Assembly: GCA_964491895.1 (NCBI GenBank)
Contig: CAZBHK010000004.1
Location: 32,432-96,431 of the forward strand
Length of the DNA stretch: 64,000 nucleotides
DNA from: an uncultured Pseudomonadota bacterium
GTDB lineage: Bacteria > Babelota > Babeliae > Babelales > UBA12411
Reading direction: 5' to 3'
The notes beneath the pieces were generated by a model. It made no database searches. It was not told the DNA's origin and worked only from the letters and a program-made list of their open reading frames with translations. A program made the translations under genes and the position numbers. Every line of letters starts with the position of its first letter. Within the stretch, counting starts at the first letter, position 1. This document shows positions 46,297 through 53,352 of this stretch, in pieces.

Positions 46297-48474
46297 GTGA
46301 TAGAATTTATACGCAAAAAAGATTTTTCGCTTATGCCATTTGATGAAAAGAAGATCTTCAAGAGTGTGAGAAAGGCATTAATAGAGTCGGAACAAGATGT
46401 TCGACAAGCTAAAGAGGTTGTGAATCAGACTGTAATAGAACTTAATCAGTTTGTTGAGCCTACTGTATCAGATGTTAGAAAGTGTGTAGAACAATATCTT
46501 ATAAAAAAAGGGTTTGTCGCTGCTGCTAAGGCGTATGTTAATCATAAACAAAATCAAGAACAGCTTTCGAAGACATTTAATCAAACTTCAGATATTGTAG
46601 AAAATTATTTGAATAAAGCTGACTGGAAGATTAAAGAAAATAGCGCTATGAGTTATTCCCTTCAGGGGCTTAATAATTACATAGTATCTAATGTAACAAC
46701 ATCATATTGGTTGACTAAAATTTATGATGAAGAGATAAGGCAGGCACATGAAACAGGTGCTCTTCATATACATGACTTGAGTTCTTTAAGTACTTATTGT
46801 TGTGGTTGGGATCTTTATGATTTATTATCTCAGGGTTTTGGAGGTGTTTTTGGAAAAACTGAGAGTGGTCCTCCTAAACATCTAGGGACAGCTTTAGGTC
46901 AAATGGTTAATTTTTTTTATACCTTACAAGGGGAAGCAGCAGGCGCTCAGGCCTTTTCTAACTTTGATACATTATTAGCTCCATTCGTTAGATATGATCA
47001 GCTTACATATAAAGAAGTTAAACAACAGCTTCAAGAATTTATTTTTAATATGAATATTCCAACACGTGTTGGGTTTCAAACACCATTTACAAATTTAACT
47101 ATGGATTTATGTCCTCCTTCAATTTTGGCAGATACTCCCGTAATTATTGGTGGTATTCCACAAAAAGAAACTTATAAAGAGTTTCAAAAAGAAATGGATA
47201 TGATCAATAAAGCTTTTTGTGAGGCTATGATTGCTGGTGACTATAAAGGTCGTATTTTTACGTTTCCTATACCTACATATAATCTTACTAAGGATTTTAA
47301 TTGGGATGATGAGAAGCTTGATCTTTTATGGGAAATGACTGCTAAATATGGTACACCTTATTTTTCTAACTTTATTAACTCAGATCTTAATCCAGATGAT
47401 GCTCGGTCCATGTGTTGTAGGTTAAGGTTAGATAATAGAGAACTTAGACGTCGTGGAGGAGGGTTGTTTGCATCTGCTCCTTTAACTGGAAGTATAGGGG
47501 TCGTAACAATTAATTTACCAAGAGCTGCATACATTTCCAAAACTAAAGATAAGTTTTTTGAACATCTTCTTCATTTGTTAAATATTGCACGTAAGAGCCT
47601 TGTTATTAAAAGATCTGTAATAGAAAAATTTACTGATCATGGTATGTATCCATATGCCAAGCATTATCTTGCAAAGATTAAGCAAAGTCAGGGTAGTTAT
47701 TGGGCAAATCATTTTAATACTATAGGTATATTGGGCATGAATGAAGCATGTTTGAATCTTATTGGTAAGTCTATAGCATCTGAAGAAGGCAAACAACTTG
47801 CACTAGATACCTTAAATTTTATTAGGGAGCATCTAGTTGTCTTTCAAGAGGATAGTAATCTTTATAATTTAGAAGCTACACCTGGTGAAGGGACTACTTA
47901 TCGTTTTGCTAAATTAGATAAAGCTAAATTCCCAGATATTATTACTGCTGGTGATCACGAGCCTTATTATACTAATTCAACACATTTGCCAGTGGGATAT
48001 ACAGAAGATGTTTTTGAAGCATTAGATCATCAAGATAATTTACAAACTCTTTATACTGGCGGAACAGTACTTCATGGATTTATTGGTGAGCGCATAGATG
48101 ATTTTCATGTAGCAAAAAAAGTTGTAAGGAAGATAGCTGAAAATTTTCATTTACCATATTTTACTTTAACTCCCACATTCAGTACTTGTTCTAAGCATGG
48201 GTACATTATTGGAGAGCATACTGTCTGTCCTGTAGTTGTTGATAAGGGCGAAAACTGTGATAGTGAGATAGTAATCTCTTCACGAGTGGTTGGTTTTTGT
48301 GGAGATCCAACTAATATATATTCACGAGTTGTAGGTTTTTATACACCTGTTTCATCTTGGAATATTGGTAAGAAGGAAGAATTCCGTGAAAGAAAGACTT
48401 ATGTTGTGTGTGGGCCGGAATTAGGGAAGGAGAAAGATGCAAATAAAGTCGATTCAAAAAACAACCCTAATTGA
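46297..48474 (+). CDS. nrdD: anaerobic ribonucleoside-triphosphate reductase (class III), with duplicated C-terminal motif
   Basis: ATP-cone-like N-terminus, 'MCCRLRLD', 'GGG.F......GSIGVVTINLPR', 'TPTFS.C..HGY', and the glycyl-radical region 'SRVVGFYTPVSSWNIGKKEEFRERK'. GTG start with SD 'aggagg'. Confidence 0.9.
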   Translation: MIEFIRKKDFSLMPFDEKKIFKSVRKALIESEQDVRQAKEVVNQTVIELNQFVEPTVSDVRKCVEQYLIKKGFVAAAKAYVNHKQNQEQLSKTFNQTSDIVENYLNKADWKIKENSAMSYSLQGLNNYIVSNVTTSYWLTKIYDEEIRQAHETGALHIHDLSSLSTYCCGWDLYDLLSQGFGGVFGKTESGPPKHLGTALGQMVNFFYTLQGEAAGAQAFSNFDTLLAPFVRYDQLTYKEVKQQLQEFIFNMNIPTRVGFQTPFTNLTMDLCPPSILADTPVIIGGIPQKETYKEFQKEMDMINKAFCEAMIAGDYKGRIFTFPIPTYNLTKDFNWDDEKLDLLWEMTAKYGTPYFSNFINSDLNPDDARSMCCRLRLDNRELRRRGGGLFASAPLTGSIGVVTINLPRAAYISKTKDKFFEHLLHLLNIARKSLVIKRSVIEKFTDHGMYPYAKHYLAKIKQSQGSYWANHFNTIGILGMNEACLNLIGKSIASEEGKQLALDTLNFIREHLVVFQEDSNLYNLEATPGEGTTYRFAKLDKAKFPDIITAGDHEPYYTNSTHLPVGYTEDVFEALDHQDNLQTLYTGGTVLHGFIGERIDDFHVAKKVVRKIAENFHLPYFTLTPTFSTCSKHGYIIGEHTVCPVVVDKGENCDSEIVISSRVVGFCGDPTNIYSRVVGFYTPVSSWNIGKKEEFRERKTYVVCGPELGKEKDANKVDSKNNPN

Positions 48475-49129
48475 TTACCCTGGACTTATAGCATCAGTAA
48501 TTTTTCTTGGTGGTTGTAATTTTCGTTGTGATTATTGTTATAACAAGGCTCTTGTTAATGCGCCTCATACAATACCGAATTTGGATGAACAAGAAGTGTT
48601 GACATTTTTGGATAAGAGAAAAAAAATAATTGAGGGCATTGTTATTACAGGTGGAGAGCCTACAGTTCAGCCAGGTCTTAAGCAGTTCATTGTTAAGTTG
48701 AAGAACTTGGGGCTTAAAATTAAATTAGATTCTAATGGGTATAATCCAGATGCTTTAGAGGAAATTATCAATGCAAGAATTATTGATTACATAGCCATGG
48801 ATATTAAGGCACCTTTACATAAATATTCAGAAGTGACAGGGGTGCCTATAGATCAGACAAGGATTTTGCGATCTATAGATTTAATTAAGAACTCTGGTAT
48901 AGATCATGAGTTTAGAACAACCGTTTGGAGAAAGTTTTTTACTGAACAAGACTTTTTAGATATTTATGGCCTTATAAAAGGCTCAAATAATTATTATATA
49001 CAGAATAGTTATAACTTAGTTCCTAATATTGATACTTATACTCCTATGCAAAAATCTGAAATTTGTTCTATTATGCATAAGGGTAAGGATTACGTGAAAA
49101 ATATCGCTTTAAGAGGTAATTGGTATTAA
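48437..49129 (+). CDS. nrdG: anaerobic ribonucleotide reductase activating protein (radical SAM)
   Basis: 'TLIDYPGLIASVIFLGGCNFRCDYCYN' (C-x3-C-x2-C) and 'GIVITGGEP'. Overlaps nrdD by 38 nt. Confidence 0.85.
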   Translation: MQIKSIQKTTLIDYPGLIASVIFLGGCNFRCDYCYNKALVNAPHTIPNLDEQEVLTFLDKRKKIIEGIVITGGEPTVQPGLKQFIVKLKNLGLKIKLDSNGYNPDALEEIINARIIDYIAMDIKAPLHKYSEVTGVPIDQTRILRSIDLIKNSGIDHEFRTTVWRKFFTEQDFLDIYGLIKGSNNYYIQNSYNLVPNIDTYTPMQKSEICSIMHKGKDYVKNIALRGNWY

Positions 49130-49807
49130 ATGGCATCTAGTTTAATTGCACAAAATCTTAAAAAATCTTATTCAGTAACTAGTCAAGTTTTAGATGGCAT
49201 TGATGTAACCTTTAATCAGGGCGAGACTTATGCTATTACTGGTATTTCTGGTAGTGGTAAATCTACTCTTTTACATGTTGTGGGCGGTCTTGATGAGCCA
49301 TCTGAAGGTAAGGTTATGCTTAACGAGCATGATTTATATAGGATTAATAGTGTTGAGAAAAATAAAATATTGAATAAAAAAATAGGATTTGTTTTTCAGT
49401 TTCACTATTTGATCAATGAACTTTCAGTTTTAGAAAATATTATGCTTATGGGTAGGATAGGTGCGATGAATGAAGAAGATAATAAGCAATGGTCTATGTA
49501 CTTATTAAATTTTTTGGGTTTGAATAAGCGTGTTACTTATTATCCATATCAACTTTCTGGTGGTGAGCAGCAGCGTGTTTCTATTGCAAGGGCACTTTTT
49601 AATAAACCAGATTTTATAATTGCAGATGAACCAACGGGAAATCTTGATAGTATGAATACAGATATGGTTCTTAAGTTGTTTTTTAAAAGTCAGGATGAAT
49701 GGGGTTCTGGAGTGATTATTTGTTCACATGATAAAAAAATATGTGAACAAATGAAGACAAATTTTATTTTGAAAGATGGAATGTTGTATACTTGCAAAAC
49801 CTTGTAA
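49130..49807 (+). CDS. lolD: ABC transporter ATP-binding protein, LolD/MacB-type
   Basis: 'GISGSGKSTLLH', 'IGFVFQFHYLINELSVLENI', 'LSGGEQQRVSIARAL', 'FIIADEPTGNLD'. The LolD assignment is by family resemblance only. Confidence 0.7.
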   Translation: MASSLIAQNLKKSYSVTSQVLDGIDVTFNQGETYAITGISGSGKSTLLHVVGGLDEPSEGKVMLNEHDLYRINSVEKNKILNKKIGFVFQFHYLINELSVLENIMLMGRIGAMNEEDNKQWSMYLLNFLGLNKRVTYYPYQLSGGEQQRVSIARALFNKPDFIIADEPTGNLDSMNTDMVLKLFFKSQDEWGSGVIICSHDKKICEQMKTNFILKDGMLYTCKTL

Positions 49808-49856
49808 AACTACTAAGATATATTTATTGATTTAATTAAAATGAAAGGCTTGTAAT

Positions 49857-50120
49857 ATGAAGAAGTGCATGCTTGTAGTAGTAATGGCAGTTGCTAGTTT
49901 CAGTGGCTATGTAGTAGCAGATGAAACTCAAGATTTAGAAATGGATAAAGCAGTTGGAATAGAAGAACAAACCAAACTTGCTAAAAATACTGAAGAAGCA
50001 GTAGAGATTCTTAGAGTTATTCAAGAAGTTACAGATGAATTAACTAAAGAAGTAGTAGCTCAAGTTGAAGAAAAAAAGGCTTTAGTAGAACAAGAAGGTA
50101 TTGTTGATAATATTGCTTAA
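49857..50120 (+). CDS. small secreted acidic protein
   Basis: SD 'gaaagg', signal peptide 'MKKCMLVVVMAVASFSGYVVA', then an E/K-rich helix. Confidence 0.4.
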   Translation: MKKCMLVVVMAVASFSGYVVADETQDLEMDKAVGIEEQTKLAKNTEEAVEILRVIQEVTDELTKEVVAQVEEKKALVEQEGIVDNIA

Positions 50121-50163
50121 TATGATTCTAATTTTCATCATGAAATTAAACTTCAAAAATTGT

Positions 50164-50198
50164 GAAGTTGGAGTCTAAATGTATGAGTCTCCAACTTC
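50164..50198 (+). promoter_or_regulatory. stem-loop enclosing the murJ start codon
   Basis: GAAGTTGGAG (50164-50173) pairs perfectly with CTCCAACTTC (50189-50198). The ATG at 50183 lies in the loop, and no U-run follows. Confidence 0.35.
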
Positions 50199-51754
50199 AT
50201 AGACGTTCTTTACAAAAAAAAACTTTTCAATTTTCCTTGTTCACTTTTATAAGTCGTATTCTTGGACTTGTAAGAGAAATGTTACAAGTTCGGTTATTAG
50301 GTGTTAGCGCTTTATCAGATGCATTTCTTATTGCATTTCGTATTCCAAATTCATTACGTAAAGTTTTTGCAGAAGGGGCTCTTTCTGCTACATTTGTACC
50401 TTCATTTGTAAAGCTTGCTAAGTCTGATGGTGTTAAATCAGCAAATAAATTAATGAGCTTGGGGTTTATATTTTTTGAAGGTATTCTTCTTTTGCTTACA
50501 ATACTTGTTTGGGCGTTTCCTGAAGTTGTAATCAAAATGATTGCTTCTGGTTTTTCACAAGAACAACTTGAACCTGCAATAATTTTTTTACGAATATTAT
50601 TTCCATTTATTTTTTTCTTGTCTAGTAGCGCATTGCTTGCTGCAGCATTACAAGCTGTTAATCATTTTTTTACTATAGCATTCTCACCAGTTTTGTTAAA
50701 TATAATATATATAGCTGCATTGATTGGATGTTTGTATTATGGTTTTTCTATTAAATTTTTATGTTATGGAATTTTATTTAGTGGTCTTTTGCAATTTTTA
50801 ATGGCCATATTTTTTTATTTTAAGTATCAATTTGGTTTTTCTATGCCAGATTCTGATTCAAGGAAACAATTTAAATCTATCTTGATTAAATTTATGCATT
50901 GTCTATTAGGTGTTGGCGTTATGGAATTAAATTTGATAATAGATGGTAATATAGGCTCATACTTAGCTGATGGTTCTATAACATTGTTGTATTATGGCAC
51001 TAGATTCATGCAAATACCTTTAGGGGTTATAGCGATTTCATTTTCTACAGTATTACTTTCTCATTTATCACGAGTTGTTTTATATGCACCGCGCAGATTA
51101 AACATTTATTTATTAGAGGCATCTAAATTTGTTGTTTGGGCAACATTGCCAGCATCTCTTTTTTTAATATTTACTGCAGAAAAACTTTTTTCTACAGCGA
51201 TCATGGCAAAGAATGTATCAGTAGCAAAAGTGACTCAGGCTAGTTTTATTTTAATTATAATGGCAAGTGGATTATTATTTTTTGCAATTAACAAAGTTCT
51301 TACAAGTATTTTTTATTCTAGAGGTGATACTTATTCACCAGCAGTTTCTGGTGGCATTGCTACGATTATTAATCTTGTAGGTAATTTGGTCAGTTTACAG
51401 TTTCTTGGTAAGAATGCTATTTATGGTATAGCAGGATCGACTGTTTTGTTTGGTATTTTTCAAACAGTGATCTCTTTTTATCAGTTACATAAAAAATTTA
51501 AGTATCATTTTTATGCAGCAAATTTCTTTGGATTTCTTGTACGTTATTCATTGCAGATAATAATAGTAAGTTCTATTTTTGTATTTTTGCATAATATTTT
51601 TTTTAGTTATTTAAAATTAACTGATTGGTATTATTTTTTTTATTTTAACTGGGGTTACTGGATTATTGTTGTTCCATTGGGCTTATCTACAGGCTATTTA
51701 TTGTTCTTAACAAGAAAACTATTTAACATAGAATTATATTTTCTCGGTAAGTAA
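50183..51754 (+). CDS. murJ: lipid II flippase MurJ (MviN)
   Basis: 'SRILGLVREMLQVRLLG', 'LSDAFLIAFRIPN.LR.VFAEGALSATFVP', and about 14 TM segments. An alternative GTG start lies at 50162. Confidence 0.85.
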   Translation: MSLQLHRRSLQKKTFQFSLFTFISRILGLVREMLQVRLLGVSALSDAFLIAFRIPNSLRKVFAEGALSATFVPSFVKLAKSDGVKSANKLMSLGFIFFEGILLLLTILVWAFPEVVIKMIASGFSQEQLEPAIIFLRILFPFIFFLSSSALLAAALQAVNHFFTIAFSPVLLNIIYIAALIGCLYYGFSIKFLCYGILFSGLLQFLMAIFFYFKYQFGFSMPDSDSRKQFKSILIKFMHCLLGVGVMELNLIIDGNIGSYLADGSITLLYYGTRFMQIPLGVIAISFSTVLLSHLSRVVLYAPRRLNIYLLEASKFVVWATLPASLFLIFTAEKLFSTAIMAKNVSVAKVTQASFILIIMASGLLFFAINKVLTSIFYSRGDTYSPAVSGGIATIINLVGNLVSLQFLGKNAIYGIAGSTVLFGIFQTVISFYQLHKKFKYHFYAANFFGFLVRYSLQIIIVSSIFVFLHNIFFSYLKLTDWYYFFYFNWGYWIIVVPLGLSTGYLLFLTRKLFNIELYFLGK

Positions 51755-51784
51755 TACTTTTCTAATTTTCAAAATTTCATAGGT

Positions 51785-51803
51785 TTTCCCGAGTGTCGGG
51801 AAA
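51785..51803 (+). terminator. hairpin 30 nt after the murJ stop (weak terminator, or part of the IS left end)
   Basis: TTTCCCGA-gtg-TCGGGAAA, a perfect 8-bp stem, followed by only TTT. Confidence 0.3.
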
Positions 51804-52043
51804 TTTGCCTTCAGTTGCGGGAGGAAAGCGATATTAGGAAATGGAGCGAAATCCACGGTTTTTTAAATTCGTGATGTAAGCGACTATATGTTATAAGTTA
51901 AACAAAGTTTATCTTGTAACATATATTAGTAATTTTTATACTATTCGTACATGATAGAATGGTTATTTATAATATTGAATATTACATAGTATGGTCAGTC
52001 TCAAAAGACAAAGTAAAGTTTTCTCCTAAAAGGTAAGATTGTA

Positions 52044-53291
52044 ATGTGGAGTAGTAAATCTCGAATATATCCGACAAAAGAACAAGAAATGTTCTTAGCG
52101 AAACAGTTTGGAGGGGTAAGATTTATTTACAATCATCTTTTATCAAGAAGTAATGAAGTATATGAAAAAGAAAAGAGAACTATATATATAAATGATCTAA
52201 AGAAAGAAATAGTTCTATTAAAATCTAATAAAAGTTGGCTAAATGAGATTAACTCACAAAGTCTTCAAGAAGCAGTCCTAAACTTAGGTAAATCTCGAGA
52301 TTGTTTTTTAAAAAATAAAAGTGGTAGGCTTAGATTTAAGAAAAAGGACTCTAAACAAGCATGTACAATACCACAGCACTTCTCTATTAAAAAATCTAAG
52401 CGAGATAATCAGTTTTTATACATTCCCAAATTAAAATCTGGTATAAAAATTAAAATAAAAAGAGAACTAGTAGGTAAATTGAAGCGTACAGTAATAACAA
52501 AAACATATACAGGAAAATATTTTGCAAGTATTACATGTGATGCTAAAAAAGAAGATATTCTAAAGTCAAAGACCTTAAAAATAGCAAGAGGAGAAATTGG
52601 GATAGATCTAGGGATAACAAACTTCGTTACAATAAATAATGGCGAAAAAATTTTATATCCAAGATTTATGAAAACTTCATCAAAGAAAGTAGCTAGAGCT
52701 AGTAAATTGCTAGCTAGGAAAAAAAAGGGAAGTAATAATAGAAAGAAGGCAAAGTTAAAGTTGGCTAAGACTCATGAAAAAATAGCTAATAAGAGAAATG
52801 CGTTTGTTCATGAAACAAGTTTTGCATTGATAAACGAAAACCAAGTGGTCTATGCAGAAAACTTGCATGTGCAAGGAATGATGAAAAATCATTGCTTAGC
52901 AAGGGCAATAGCAGATACAGCTATAGGAGAGTTGATAAGGCAGCTTAAATATAAGGCAGATTGGAGAGGTAGAAAGTTTTCTCAAATAGAAAGATTTGAA
53001 CCGTCTTCTAAAATGTGTAGTGCCTGTGAAACTATAAACAAAGAACTAAAATTGCAGCATAGAACTTGGCAATGTAATTTATGTGGTGTTATTCATGACA
53101 GAGACATAAATGCTGCAATAAATGTTTTAAAAATTGGACAGAATATGTCCCTAGAGAAGGGCAGACCCGAAGTTAAGCCTGTGGAGAGATCAACCAAGGT
53201 TTTTTCTAACAAGAAGAAGCAAGTTGGCTCCATGAAGCAGGAACCGGTTTCTAATGTAAGTATTAGGATGCACGGTAATTCATTACCGTGA
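52044..53291 (+). CDS. tnpB: RNA-guided endonuclease TnpB (OrfB_IS605 / OrfB_Zn_ribbon)
   Basis: 'SRIYPTKEQEMFLAKQFGGVRFIYNHLL' (HTH N-terminus), RuvC-I 'EIGIDLGITNF', RuvC-II 'VVYAENLHVQGM', zinc ribbon 'CSAC...CNLCG', RuvC-III 'HDRDINAAINV'. Confidence 0.9.
   Translation: MWSSKSRIYPTKEQEMFLAKQFGGVRFIYNHLLSRSNEVYEKEKRTIYINDLKKEIVLLKSNKSWLNEINSQSLQEAVLNLGKSRDCFLKNKSGRLRFKKKDSKQACTIPQHFSIKKSKRDNQFLYIPKLKSGIKIKIKRELVGKLKRTVITKTYTGKYFASITCDAKKEDILKSKTLKIARGEIGIDLGITNFVTINNGEKILYPRFMKTSSKKVARASKLLARKKKGSNNRKKAKLKLAKTHEKIANKRNAFVHETSFALINENQVVYAENLHVQGMMKNHCLARAIADTAIGELIRQLKYKADWRGRKFSQIERFEPSSKMCSACETINKELKLQHRTWQCNLCGVIHDRDINAAINVLKIGQNMSLEKGRPEVKPVERSTKVFSNKKKQVGSMKQEPVSNVSIRMHGNSLP
53271..53290 (+). 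other. perfect hairpin at the tnpB 3' end (candidate RE / omega-RNA scaffold element)
   Basis: CACGGTAAT-tc-ATTACCGTG. The 3' arm overlaps the TGA stop. Confidence 0.5.
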
Positions 53292-53352
53292 GGATGTCAC
53301 TGGGGAGTTGTTTACACAATAATGACTTGTATTGCATTAGAGAGGGTAGGTT

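Larger units (their letters stand above)
51800..53340 (+). mobile_element. IS200/IS605-family element carrying only tnpB (IS1341-like); ends not determinable from a single copy
   Basis: A TnpB ORF with no Y1 TnpA ORF on either side. An imperfect 18-bp-arm palindrome lies at 51886-51924 upstream, and a perfect 9-bp hairpin (53271-53290) spans the tnpB stop. These are the positions expected for subterminal LE/RE structures. Confidence 0.55.

Noticed and set aside
51755-52043. A search for a TnpA (Y1 HUH transposase) gene or remnant upstream of tnpB, and for a structured RNA in 'GGGAGGAAAGCG...GGAGCGAAAUCCACGGUUUUUU'.
   Set aside because: There is no ORF of 60 aa or more and no HUH/Y motif in any frame that I could read. 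The GGA/UCC stem before the U-run is only 3-4 bp, too weak to call a terminator or an RNA gene.
52044-53291. The idea that the TnpB homolog next to the surface-protein gene is a nuclease-dead TldR-type RNA-guided repressor.
   Set aside because: All three RuvC catalytic positions (D in GIDLG, E in AENL, D in DRDINAA) and the zinc ribbon are intact, and the length is canonical. A regulatory side-effect of the insertion remains possible and is covered in the findings.
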